A DNA stretch of 58,013 bases, the filler included, from Catajapyx aquilonaris (Eukaryota): the NCBI GenBank assembly GCA_000934665.2. It is 4 parts of 4 records of this genome, joined end to end, with 100 filler letters (N's around TTAATTAATTAA, not from the genome) between each part and the next. Parts side by side here need not be neighbours in the genome. Positions count along the whole stretch, not along the records: positions 29,043 to 43,499 come from JYFJ02007782.1; positions 43,600 to 58,013 come from JYFJ02007783.1; 2 more parts are not named here. One strand, given 5' to 3'. Under the pieces are notes generated by a model. That model ran no database searches and was not told where the DNA came from. It was given only the letters and a program-made list of their open reading frames with translations. A program made the position numbers and the translations under genes. Shown one piece after another: positions 39,340 to 51,279 of this stretch. Within the stretch, counting starts at the first letter, position 1, and each line of letters begins with the position of its first letter.

Positions 39340-39625
39340 CACAAATCTCCCTGCTAGAGAGCTTCCTCTGCTGTTGGGTTCAATTTCGGATCAACGCTCA
39401 CAAGTCTTTTAATTAGCTCACCCTCCAATTCAAACAACAAGAGTAGGATAAAACCTCAATTACCTGTCGAGGCCATTTCTTTCTCTAAGTCATCTGGAAG
39501 GTGGCCCTCCTTAACTTTGCTCAGAATAATTTCGCTTAGCACCATCATGGTGGTACAGGGTTAATAGAGTTCCAGCAGGACTACCCCAACACTGTCGAGG
39601 TCACTGAAAAACCTAGCACCGATCT
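39340..39625 (-). pseudogene. Degenerate duplicate of the last two kinase exons
   Basis: Near-identical to 40460-40745, but CAA>TAA gives LELY* (~39561) and the last acceptor is lost. Confidence 0.85.
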
Positions 39626-40312
39626 AGGACCTTCTTTGGATTATCCGGCGACATGCAGGCATTCATTAGCCAAATATAATCAGGAGTAGGCCTACAGTGT
39701 ATTTCAAATTGTCAGGAAATTCATCTAATGTAATGTAACGCAAATGTAATGTAATGTAAAGGTAATGTAATGTAACTGTTAACACATCTCCCCCACTCCT
39801 CCAAAAGCCTTTGTATTCAAAGCATATGGATTTGCCGTATGAATGAGAAGTGTTGTTACGCCAGATGTGTGCGAGTGTTGATTCAAACCAATTTGAGCAC
39901 TGCGGTGTGTGACCACACTTTACTTGCTCCATATAATCAGTAGCTCTAGATATAAGAAGTACTCTATGCTTCCCCTTACGAAAGTATGAAATTGAACATG
40001 TACTGTTAGTCGTCGAGTCGCTGGTTGCCAGGTCAATTCCAGTTGACACTGTAATGATCTCTAATCAGGGTGGACCAGAACACATTATAACTAAGGACAA
40101 AAAATGAATCCATATTATGGAATTGTACAATAAACGACTGAGTTTCATCAACACTTTATTTGAGCACTGCTTTCTGCAAAAATTGCGTCAGCCTGCTTGT
40201 CTTTGTCAGTAATACTGAGTGCGGAGTACATTATGTATGAAGTTCATGGCAGGTCAGCATGAAAGTAAAAAATATCCCAGCACAAGAATTGCGATATTTT
40301 ATCACAGAATTA

Positions 40313-40965
40313 TCACTTAGCTCTTAGGCTCATCGTCTTACTGAGTCGCTTGATTTCCATGTCCTTTCGCTCGATTTCCATGTCCTTTCCTGCCAGTTCC
40401 TTCCGGAGTGTAATACACTGACGGCAGACTTCAGGAGAAGGTGGAGGCTCACAAATCTCCCTCCATTGCCGCAGAGCTTCCTCAGCTGTTGGCCTCAATT
40501 TCGGATCAACGCTCACAAGTCTTTTAATTAGCTCACCCTGCAATTCAAACAACAAATCACGACTCTGAAATAAGAAGTATGATAAATAAAACCCAAATTA
40601 CCTGTCGAGGCCATTTCTTTCTCAAGTCATCTGGAAGGTGGCCATCCTTAACTTTGCTCAGAATTTCACTTAGCTCCATCATGGTGACACATGGTTGGTA
40701 TAGCTCCAGCAGGACTATACCAACACTGTAGAGGTCACTCTGAAACACCCAGCACACTTGAGTACTTGGCTTCTTTGTGATGCAAAATTTGCCCTACCTT
40801 TTTGTTAAGCATGTTGCCTGCTGCCTGTTCAGGTGCTGCATACAGCGGAGTCCCAACTGGAGATGCCCCATGGATGTTGGCGTCTTCACCGGGGTGGAAG
40901 CAGGCAAGGCCAAAGTCCCCAATTTTCAGCAATTTCAAGCCTTTGTCGTAAAATACATTTTGTGG
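40313..40965 (-). CDS. EIF2AK1: eIF2-alpha kinase, HRI-like; 3' exons only
   Basis: Exons 40965-40798, 40739-40602, 40537-40313; PQNVF, KIGDFGLA, GTPLYAAPEQ, SDLYSVGIVLLELYQP, RPTA and a C-terminal coiled coil as in HRI. The HRDLK exon was not found. Confidence 0.75.
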
Positions 40966-41074
40966 CTATTTCGGGAGAGAAGCTAATGATTAGAGAATGG
41001 ATTTCTAGGTTTTTACCTGCTTTTTATTCTGAAGGCTGAACACCAGAACCAAACCAACTATCTGTTTCATAACA

Positions 41075-41590
41075 CAAGGACCTGAAGTTTTATAGAACCT
41101 AAAATTGCCTATTTCGGGTGCTGGAACCTATTAGCGCCTATTTTGCACCTCTTTTGACCTTTTGACCCCATTCTGTAATATTTTCGAGAGTTCTGCGGGT
41201 TTTCCGTTCAAAGAATCTCTCCCACTTCAACCTGTGATGGGAGGAGAAGCTGTAGGCATGCCAGATGAACTGGCTATAGAAGACATTTCACTTTTCAAGT
41301 ATGATCCAGTTACTTCGTGTGACGTCAGAAGGTCATTTTCAGCATGTAGAAATGTATTGTCAGACAGGCGCCGCCGAATAGAAAATATGGAACAACTGCT
41401 ACGAGTAGTTTGCTACTGTGCCGCAAAATTCCATGGCCAAGGGTAGGCTGTATTGGCTGAATAGAAATGAAAATAAAATAGGACCTGCTTGATTTTTACT
41501 GCCTAATAAGAGCCTATTTTGACTGTTTTCAGGTCCTAAATGCCTACCTATTTTAGGGTTTTTTAGAACCAAAAAATCCGTTCCTTACTA
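41075..41590 (+). mobile_element. hAT-like transposon remnant (C-terminal dimerisation-domain fragment)
   Basis: FKYDPVTSCDVRRSFS..RNVLSDRRR resembles the hAT C-terminal motif P.TS..VER.FS; GCCTATTT subterminal repeats. Confidence 0.65.
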
Positions 41591-42447
41591 ATGTACGGAA
41601 AATGAGTGAAAGATCTGACGTCATCAAGGTTTCCATGGAAATACCATCACAAACAATCTGAGCAAAGAGTGTCAACAAAAAGCAACAATGGAAGAAAAGA
41701 TTACTTCAGATCGTTCTCTCGTTTTCCGTACATTAATGATGAGTTCTAAACAATTTCATGCCAGTGAGGAAAAGGAGTATAAGCTATATGGCATTTACAA
41801 TCTCAGTGACATGGAAAGGATTGCACTGACAAACAAACTTCCACAATTTACACCCCTGAATTTTGAAAAATTTTGACTTTTCTAATTCTGCTTGGCCTAT
41901 AGTGTTGTGCAAACATCACCTCCGCTGCTAATTTTCACGTTAGCGGGGTCAAAATAGGCAATATTCCGCAGCCACAACACCAGCATCCGATCGCGGGTCC
42001 CGTCTGACGCCTTTCGTAGCGTCTCTCATGGTGGAGAAGGGTCATAATGGAGAGTCTGGACTCTGACCAAGGTGATGGAATAAGTGTGGTGATTTACTTG
42101 AACCTGCAGCAGTTGATTATTATCAGCACTCATTCGTCCCTCATTTTCCAGACAACAGGGTTGCTTGCACACTCTGTCACAAAACATACGGTATTTATAA
42201 GCTTCACATCTTAATGAACACACCAGGCGCAGCAACACCCAGGCCAAAGACAATATTATGATGGGACAGCAGGGTAAAGGAGCAAGCGAAAAGTTTCGCC
42301 TCAAATACTATCAGCTATGTTGCGAGAATGGGAAAATTCAGTGTTTATTGTCACTAATAGCAGAAAGGAAAGGCTAGGCAAAGATCAACTTTATGTAGCA
42401 AAATATGACTCAACTCTAATCAATCATTTACAATTATTTTATTACGC

Positions 42448-42694
42448 ACTAGCTGCGGCACCCGGCGTTGTCCCGGAAGAAATGAATGACGGGAAAACAC
42501 CTGCCAGTAGCCCTGTCAACTGTCTGTCTTTCTGTGTGTCCGCCCACCAATGGCATCTGTGGTCCTGCTACTCCAACACCTTCAACCTCTCCCGCCTGTA
42601 TAACGGCAACCGTCATTTGCCTGCCATCTGTAGTCAACCCCCTACACCGGTTGGCAGGCGGACAGACAGACAGACTCACAAATGGCTTTATTTA
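42448..42694 (+). mobile_element. Non-autonomous Helitron/Helentron-like (DINE-1/HINE-type) element
   Basis: Begins ACTAGCTGCGGCACCCGGCGTTGTCCCGG; ends with (GACA)n and CTTTATTTATA. Confidence 0.55.
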
Positions 42695-42696
42695 TA

Positions 42697-43257
42697 CAGG
42701 GTGTTTATTGTAACTCTGCAAAGACTTGCAGGGGTAATAGAGGGGACCAATACAAGTATTTTTGACATAGGCACCCGTGTCCGGAAACGCCATCTAGAGG
42801 GGGTTCATAGACGAGGAACGGGTGCGCTCAGGCGAGAGGCGCTAGGCGAGCGGACTGTTTTGTTGGTAGATGGCGCGCAGTTGTTGCCAGGTTATGGCGT
42901 ATCACGTCATTGTAACTTTGTAAGTAAACAACAACACGATACGCCATAACCTGGCAACAACAAATCCGCTGTTGACTATCCGCGCATCTCCTAGGAGGCG
43001 TACTTTAGTTGCTAGATGGCTCTGTTATTGCCAGGTTATGGCACATCGCATCGTTGGTTACTATCCGAGCGCCATCTATCAACAAAACAATCCGCTCACC
43101 TAGCACCTCTCGCGTGACGCGTCTGAGCGCACCCGTTCCTTGTCTATGAACCCCCTCTAGATGGCGTTTCCGGACACGGGTTCCTATGTCAAAAATACTT
43201 GTATTGGTCCCCTCTATTACCCCTGAAAGTCTTTGCAGAGTTACAATAAACACCCTG
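42697..43257. mobile_element. Tc1/mariner-type MITE, almost fully palindromic (~200-bp arms)
   Basis: TA|CAGGGTGTTTATTGTAACTCTGCAAAGACTT ... AAGTCTTTGCAGAGTTACAATAAACACCCTG|TA. A related end at ~43453 is cut by the gap. Confidence 0.92.
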
Positions 43258-43499
43258 TATAGAAGAAGATATGCAGTTGCATACAAGAATGAAAAAAACC
43301 ACAGATTCTGCTCACACCAACCACACTTCAAAAATTCAAACTCACCACACCTGTCCTCCGTAAGCTACATGTCTCAAAATTGGTACCGAAACAGTAGCCA
43401 ACGGTGTTGGGGAAGAAGCAGGCATGTCTTCCATCTAACCTTCTTTGTATATCAGGGTGTTTACGACCTAACTTTACAAACTTCTAGGGGTGATAGAGG

Positions 43500-43599
43500 N
43501 NNNNNNNNNNNNNNNNNNNNNNNNNNNNNNNNNNNNNNNNNNNTTAATTAATTAANNNNNNNNNNNNNNNNNNNNNNNNNNNNNNNNNNNNNNNNNNNN
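43500..43599. other. Artificial assembly spacer
   Basis: 100-nt N/TTAATTAATTAA/N. Confidence 0.97.
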
Positions 43600-43625
43600 T
43601 AATAATAATAATAATAATAATAATA

Positions 43626-44045
43626 GGGAGGCGAAGTGGCGCTGCGGTAACGTATGCGCCCACGGATGTTAACCCTGTGATGCCCACTGGGTCATATCTG
43701 GCACACCATTTAGTGCAATTTTTGCAATTTTTATATTTCCTGTAAGTGCCAAATTGCACTAAATGGTGTGCCAGATATGACCCAGGGGGCATTGCAGGGT
43801 TAAGTCCCGGGTTCGATCCCAGCCCGAGGACACCCCCTTCATCTCGTGCAGAGTTGGGTCGTCTCTGGCTTCGTCTCAGGTGGAATTTCCGCTAGGCATA
43901 TCCACCCGGGGGAGTTTACAAATAATGTACCACCAGGGAAACTTCGCACTGCACATTGCACATCCCCTCCTGTCATCCTGCCCATGGACCCGGGCAATTC
44001 AAATGAATAGGCACCCAAATGTAACACCGATCAATAAAAAATAAA
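43626..44045 (+). mobile_element. tRNA-derived SINE, family A, interrupted by a piggyBac MITE
   Basis: Head identical to the 12158 copy up to GGATGTTAA; resumes with GTCCCGGGTTCGATCCC at 43804. Confidence 0.9.
43673..43799. mobile_element. 127-bp palindromic piggyBac-type MITE
   Basis: TTAA|CCCTG...CTGGGTCATATCTGGCACACCATTTAGTGCAATT ... AATTGCACTAAATGGTGTGCCAGATATGACCCAG...CAGGG|TTAA. Confidence 0.9.
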
Positions 44046-44109
44046 TGAAGGTTAAAGTGCTTGTACCCAGAAGCACTACCCACAACAACAACAACAATAA
44101 TAATTGATA

Positions 44110-44346
44110 CCCCGTGATAGGCCTCCTTGGGCATTTTAGGGGATAATCTTTTCATTCACCAACTTGAATCATTTGCCTGTCCTGTGATGGGTTTTGATAG
44201 TGGGAGGAAACGGGAGAACCCTGAGAAAACCCACGCGAGCACGGAGAGAACCCATCGAAACTATCCACATAAGTATCCTCTGTCTGATCCGGGACCTCAG
44301 AGGTGGAAGGCTGTGGTGCTAACTACTATAATACCGTGATGCCCCG
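44110..44346 (-). mobile_element. tRNA-derived SINE with a V-SINE-like core
   Basis: Minus strand reads GGGGCATCACGGT...GTAGTTAGCAC... then GTTCTCTCCGTGCTCGCGTGGGTTTTCTCAGGGTTCTCCCGTTTCCTCCCAC. Confidence 0.65.
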
Positions 44347-44649
44347 CCAAACGATAAATATAGCGTCAACTAGACCAACAATGTCCGTACCTGACATGAC
44401 CTTCGGACCGAGCGCGCAAGTTCAGGGGGCGCACGTGGGGTGGGGGGTGGGGGTCAGAAAAAACCCAATTCTACAATGCGAAGCGGGCTTTGGGCCAGAG
44501 TAACTTCGGATTGAGTTGAGTGAGGACTGCGTACGTGATGTCATTCGAAATCTAACGAACTACGCTACAATTAATATTGGCCAACAATCATCGTGAACGA
44601 CGAGGGCTTTGTGAAAAGTGAGCTTCAAGTTGGTGAAAACTGAAAGGTT

Positions 44650-44885
44650 TCACAATGCCGTCAAAATTGCATGCGAAAGCTCAACAGGAATACCAGAAAC
44701 ACAAAAGCGACGAAAGAGCAGCTCATAAGGAACAAAAGGAGCTCAAGAAGTCAAATGCAGGACAACAGAGAACAATGAAAGAAAGTTACGGCAGCCGAGC
44801 GTATGGATGAGTCACCGAGTACTAAGTACGACGACATGACCCATATCCATACAACATTACGCGTAAGATGCTAGAAGACAGAGAG
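44650..44885 (+). mobile_element. Possible degenerate BED/hAT transposase fragment
   Basis: Short broken frame ...QQRTMKESY...NITRKML resembles the linker after a BED finger; weak. Confidence 0.25.
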
Positions 44886-45610
44886 TACATGGAGGATTGT
44901 TTAGAAATTAATCATCATAACAGTAACGAAACATCACCCATTTTTGTAACGGTCGACTTTTCGTGCATGGTCCCAATACTGTTGTGATTTTGAAGACGTA
45001 TTCATGTCAAAAACCTGCGGCTTGTGTCCCCAACACAACCTAATGTTTTTTGCTTTTTGGATTTGTTAATCACTTTTTGTATGGAACAGTAAACAACTAA
45101 ATAAGGTGTATGTGTAGCAGTGCTATCTAGGCTCTAGCACTCCAGGTCTGTTTTTATTTTTTAAAGGGTCGTAGAGCTAAAAAAGGCTAAATTCATATCA
45201 TAATAGTAAGAGTTAGCTGTTAGCGTTAGCTTCTGCTAATCTTTCTATCAGGTTAGCGTTAGCAATTTAGCAAAGTCAACTTAGGTTTTCAGCTAGCGGA
45301 TAACCAGTTAGGGAAGCTAAACTTTCGGTTAGCTGTGCCCACCTTACAGGTATCTTTTCTGCAGATCATCAAAGGCTTTTGGCCCACTGACAACATAGAA
45401 GTACCACTAAGTCAACTTATTTTCAATAAAAACAGAATGGACCAATAACTATTGCCATTGCAAAGCCACTGTACTGTTTGTCAATTATGAGTTCCTGTTG
45501 AAGGGAGGAGCTGAGGAGCACAGGGAACCCGCAGCATTGATACTCACCTGTCCTTCTCTGCTACAATTCTGAGACTGCCAGGCAACCCATTCCTTCCCCT
45601 CATTTATATA

Positions 45611-46318
45611 CAGGGTCATAGAAAAAGAATGTCCCAATTTGAAAACTCTATAACTCGAAAACTTGTAGACATATATTAATGATTTAACTTTTTAAATGCT
45701 CAGAAGTGTCTAAAGTTTTGGCCTTACCATAATTTGTTTCAATATGAGCTCCATTTGTTGCTCGAAAAATTTAAATACGGTAATCGGTGTCATGCGTTAC
45801 CCGCTCAGACATGTCTGGAGTTACCGTTGCAATTTTATCCCGTAAGTCCTGGTGATGCTGGATCTTTTCACCATACATGTGTCTCCACAAGAAAGTCCAT
45901 TGGGGTAAGATCTGGGCTTCTGGAGGGGATAGGCATGGCGAAACTTCTCATTAAAGACTTCGCACACTGGGAGGCTGAACAAATGAAACTTTCCTACGGC
46001 AGGTTTGTTTTGTGGATGAGGCGACTTTTTATGTGAATCGTCAAGAACAATGTGTGTGGTGTCAAGACCCAAGATATCCTTTACCTACGGGATAGGATTG
46101 CAATGGTAACTCCAGATATGATTGATAGCTTTTGGCACAACACCGATTACTGCCTTTTTTATCTGCCGAGTGACACATGAAGATCATATCGAAACAAACG
46201 AAGGTGAGACCAAAACTTAAGATCTTTATTAGCATTTCAAAACTTAAATCATACAGATGTCTATGAGTTTCTGAGTTATAGGGTTTTCAAATTGGGCCAT
46301 TCTTTTTCGATGACCCTG
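45611..46318 (-). mobile_element. Internally deleted Tc1/mariner transposon
   Basis: TA|CAGGGTCATAGAAAAAGAATG ... CATTCTTTTTCGATGACCCTG|TA; minus strand retains RSPDLTPMDF (~45895-45922). Confidence 0.88.
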
Positions 46319-46692
46319 TATATATCTGGTATTATAACTCTGCAGCAATGGCCGATCAACAAGCATTAAGTCTGTATTCAAATTCCTCCTGCATGTTTTC
46401 TGTCGCGCAGCCAGACATATCAGGACATCCTTGACGTGGTGTATTTCTATTCATAAGGTCAGGTGTTCTGGTCATGTCCTTACCGTATGCTTGCTGCCTC
46501 TTGGCGGACCAATAGAAACTGAGATGCACAATGTCTCACTGTTTTCATTGTCCTCCAAGAGGTCAGTCAGAGTTAGGCAAGGGCAAAGAGGGGGACCTGC
46601 ACATAATTTCGTGTCTGATGAGATGGGGGCACCTCAAGGGCTTTTCAAGTTCAAATCACAAAAATAAACCTTAATTAATATCACAAAACAGC

Positions 46693-46988
46693 ACCGAAGC
46701 AGGTTGGCATAGTGGATAAGGCGTCCGACTGCTAATCGGGAGGTCCAGGGTTCGAATCCCGGAGCTGGCAATTCTGACCGTGGTTTTCTGTGGTTTCTCA
46801 CGGTCCTTCCAGGGAAATTCCGGAGTTGTTTCCGTAATTAATAGGCCACAGCCGCTTCCTTCCGTCCCTATCCTATCCCAAAGAGCACAGTAAAATGAAA
46901 AGCAAAGAGTTCCAGGCAAAACAAACTTCCCCCCTAAAGAGCCAATGGCTGATAACGGGGTATGAATTTTATTATTATTATTATTATT
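46693..46988 (+). mobile_element. tRNA-derived SINE, family B, second copy with a different tail
   Basis: TGGCATAGTGG and GGTTCGAATCC boxes; TSD ATATCACAAAACAGC; (ATT)n tail. Confidence 0.9.
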
Positions 46989-47550
46989 ATATCACAAAAC
47001 AGCAAATTGAATAGCCTACAATCTCCTGTCGGTATTCTTCCCATGTGATCCAGGTTAATTGCCCTGACCAATAATGAGACAAAACTAAATATCAGTGTCA
47101 AGGATTGTGGGAGGGAGTACTCATGCATTAAAATAATATTACACAGCTGGAGAATATGTTTTATACGCTTAACAACATAAATTAGATTATTTTGTCATGC
47201 ACGTGGTCATGCATGATGCACTTGGCTAGAATCCCGGCAGGCAGGTGTTGGGCCAAGGTGGGCCAAGGCAAGGAGCCCGAATGAGGCAAAAAAAAGCAAC
47301 AAATTTTAGTGAGCCTGAAAAAAAACATGAATTTGGGGAGCGCTGTTTAATTTTATCACTCATATTTCTGGCTTGCCATCGAAACATTTGTGACGTAATT
47401 AGGATAAGAAATGGCCGAGATAGCACAGGCGTGCAATATACTGAATATTATGATTGCCCGAATGGTGATTTCTAAATTTCAAATATATGGTTAGATCAGC
47501 CCCTAGCAACTCCCTATCTATCCATATGAGGTAGGCCATGCGTTTAGAGA

Positions 47551-47735
47551 GTCCCTTATTCCCAGATGTGGAACCCCGTGTCAAAACACATTCGGGCCGA
47601 CGACTTATGAACCGTTCTGACCCCACCTAAATTGTCAATTCCCATTCAGCCCTTGTTAGGTGGGGTCAGAACAGTTCATAAGTAGTTGGCCCGAATGCAT
47701 TTTGATACAGGGCTCCACATCCAGGGATATGGGAC
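47551..47735. repeat. Imperfect inverted repeat (~80-bp arms), MITE-like
   Basis: ...CTTATGAACCGTTCTGACCCCACCTAA ... TTAGGTGGGGTCAGAACAGTTCATAAG... Confidence 0.8.
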
Positions 47736-48804
47736 TTGCTAAGTGCACTCAAAAAGAGAGGGAGTTGTGGGGGGCTGGGTTAGGTAGACAAAGATTTGCA
47801 CTATCCAGGGTTCACAGGAAAACTTTTGCGGCCTCCGGTAAGTGTTGAATAAGAAATACATTTTTGGCGTAACGTTGGCAACATATTAAAAAATGACATC
47901 TTTCTGCCTTCTTTTTGGGATAAAAAATTACACAATGAAGATTGGAAAACAACGTGCACATATCCTACGTGGATTGAAACAAGCTTTCGAATGATATATA
48001 ACATGATTTTTTTTTGGGATCATCTACCTAGGAGTTGTTTCGAATCAAACACAGGGCTCATCGGATTAGGGAGAGCTCCCAGCCCAGTAGGAGTGGGTCT
48101 GGGTACTCCTAGGAGGGAGGATCCCTCCTACCAGGTAGGAGGAGTTGGTGCAATGAAATCCCTTCCTACCAGCGCTTCTACCTCCTAGGAATGGTTCGTG
48201 CAACCGGCCCATACTCATTTAGGAGTTTGACTAGGTGCCAGAAAGCCGCAAATAAGTATTAATCTATTTCTCGCAAAGTACGACAATTTCAGCAAATTCT
48301 TCCAGCACGGTTCTCAAGGTTGTTATTCCACATATTTCCACGCATTTCATAATTAAATCAGCCTAAAAGTTGGTCGGCAGTACTCGAAATTCGAGTTTTT
48401 ATAGCCTCTTTTTGGAAATTAATTTAGGGACTTCTAGACGAGTAAAATGATTTCAGACACATTCATAGTGTGTTTTCCCTGAATGGGTAAGTAAAGATGT
48501 CATTATTTGTAAAATATATTGTCCGTATTTTCGGAGTACGCGTAGCCAAAATCTGTGTGGTTCGGGCCTATCTGGTAGTGAAGGGGGTTAAAGGTCCTCT
48601 CAGTTAAATATGTAATATTACTGCAAGTTTGCAGTGAAATCAACTAAGTTATAAATCCTGTGATTCAGTCAGTGCTTCAAGCTCGGCTTCAAGACTTCGA
48701 CCTGGCTAAATGTTATGAAAATTTTGATTTAAATTCAGTTAGTAGTTTAGTACCTACAGGTACAAGTAGGCGAGAGAATGTGATAACTTCTGAACCGTAA
48801 TATA

Positions 48805-49057
48805 CAGGGTGTTTCAAATACCTGGATCATTTTTAAATAACTGATATCGCCTGATAGCAGTTATTTATTGTAGCTTGTTGTGCCCCTAACCAGGTGCCCC
48901 ATTCTATATCAACTGCTATATTCGACTCCCAGGTGGTCGAATGTAGCAATGGCTATAGAATGGGGCACCTGGTTAGGGGCACACCAAGCTACAATAAAAT
49001 AATTGCTATCAGGAAATATCAGTTATTTAAAAAGACTCACAAATTTGGAACACCCTG
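48805..49057. mobile_element. Tc1/mariner-type palindromic MITE
   Basis: TA|CAGGGTGTTTCAAA ... TTTGGAACACCCTG|TA; inner arms GTGCCCCTAACCAGGTGCCCCATTCTATA and their complement. Confidence 0.88.
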
Positions 49058-49171
49058 TATATCCCTTAACCAGAGAACGATAGTCTAACTTACTTGTCCT
49101 ATGTAGGACACCAAGAATGAATCTTGACGATATGATTGGAGTGCCTTTACATGTATTACTTGTAAGGAGCA

Positions 49172-50008
49172 GAGCAATTCCATATGTTACACCCCACACA
49201 TCGCACACAATTTTTGAACTTTGACGCAAGATTTAAATGGGAAAACGGGGGTGGAATGATGTGTCATGTCATGCAAGAGGATGGTGATTGGTAAAAGGTG
49301 TTGAGTGGGGAATTCCCTCACCCATGCGTACAGTAGGCCTGTATCATATTACTGTATAGATAATCAGACAATTTTCAGCATAATGTGCCAATATGTACGA
49401 CTCTACTTCATTTAAACAGGAATAGAGCATATGTTGCACCCCATACCCGTGCCACGTGAGGGGTGTAACGTTACACCCCATAACAACTTCCTTATCAATG
49501 CTGCCAGAAATTGGTGGCATTCTATGACTTCCAATTCACATGAGACATTGCTCACGGTGTCTAGTCAATGAATATTGAAAACTAGCACCACTGCCCTAAA
49601 ACCCACTCATTGTCATAAACTTTTTTATCTATTTCGTTACACCCCACACACCGCGCGGAGTCCACTTTTGATGCCAAGATCAATCATTTATGTCGAATGA
49701 CTGTCCTTCTCCACCAAGGAATGCGGTCATTTCATCCTCGACTTGAGCCCCGTGCAAAGAAAAGTGGATTTATTTTTATTTTAAGTTCCCATTTAAGGCT
49801 GTCAAAGTTCATGTGATTTCATGCACAACTTCGCATTCACAATGTAACACATTCATGTGCAATTTCTTTTACCAGTTCAGGTTCCATGTCAAAATATATT
49901 TCAGAAGCCGAAATTTGGGTTCTTTCTGATTCCAACGACGTATCACACATTGCCAACTAGTCATTTTCAATTTTTGTCCCAGATGTTTACTTTTACGTGG
50001 AATTGCTC
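49172..50008. mobile_element. Probable non-autonomous DNA transposon with short TIRs
   Basis: GAGCAATTCCA ... TGGAATTGCTC; internal GTTACACCCC repeats. Confidence 0.5.
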
Positions 50009-51279
50009 AGCAAAGGACCTCACCGAGCTTTAATGGTCCGAGCTTTCCCCCTGCATGTACGGCACTAATGATAATTCACTGCTGTGGGAAAGGGGATAGT
50101 GCTCCCGACACTACTTTGACTCCCTTTGCTGATGAGGAATTGCTTACTGGAGCTGGAGGTTCGTCAGTATCGTCACAAGTAGTTAATTTTTAATAATAAA
50201 ATGTGTCAAACTTTTTGGGGGTCCCCCCTGGCAGGGGGGCCCGGGGCGCTCGCACCTGGGACTCCCATATAAATCCGGCACTGCCTCCCGACTGCTTTTT
50301 ATTTACTTTTTGGCAGGGGGTGCTATGAGGACATGTTTTTGAAGCAGAAACGCTGAAAGAATGTGATGAGCATTGTTAATTGTATTAATAAATTTTGCTG
50401 CTGGAAGCCATTGGAAGGCGCTGAGAAGTGGCGCTCTTGTGGCCTTGTGTGCGCCATTAAGGAAGAAAATTTTAACGACATTTTAATATTATTTGGAAAG
50501 GGCTCATCACGCTTCTTTCGCGCCCCACACGCATCTGCGCCCTGTGCGGTAGCACTGGTCGCACACCCCTAGCGCTGGCGCTGATCGTTATGTGTATACG
50601 TGCCATTTTCCAGTAGGAAGTGAAGAACAGAAGCCACGAGTCATGAACTGAAACTCAGCAATGCATGCTAACAAAATGTTGTCACAGATATATGTGGAAA
50701 AAAAAAACTTTTCTGCTCCAATATTACTTACTACTCCATATTCCCCTACTGCCCCACTAAAATAAGTAGCATCTGGGAATTTGTCCTTCAGGATTGCACT
50801 TTCCGACGCTACACGTGCCTACATTCAAGGTGAGTCAATGCAAAAGTATATTAGCGTAAAGCCTCGATGCTCTTTAGATTTGGCCTCATTCAAACCTACT
50901 TGACTTGGTAACGAAACTGGATTAAGCAGTGCAGTTGGTCAAAACACCCACCTGTTCAACTAGCATCTGGTAGACTACTGGCTCAGACCTGGCCCCTCAT
51001 CACTCTCTGGCGCCAACGACGACCACACACGACATTGACAATCTGCAACACAGATATTGACGTATGTTCCTGAATACAATTATTTCCACCTCATACAAAA
51101 TGGCAGCTTTTCCCCTATTATGCATATATTCAACCCAAAACAACAACCCCCTACAAACACCTTACTCCAATCACCAAAACGTATTGTACGGGCAGGACGT
51201 AACAGGTCCAAGACACTGTACCTTTTGATAAGTGCGTAACAGTGATAAAACCACGGGATAAGAATGGCGATGTAAAAAG

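Noticed and set aside
41600..41700. Missing kinase exon (LFAQIVCDGIS on the minus strand)
   Set aside because: No HRD motif or suitable donor follows; likely coincidence.
42317..43331. 210-aa and 108-aa ORFs sharing a peptide on opposite strands
   Set aside because: Result of the palindromic MITE, not a gene duplication.
50005..50150. Hammerhead ribozyme at CTGATGAG
   Set aside because: No stem II followed by GAAA; the segment is a short imperfect inverted repeat.
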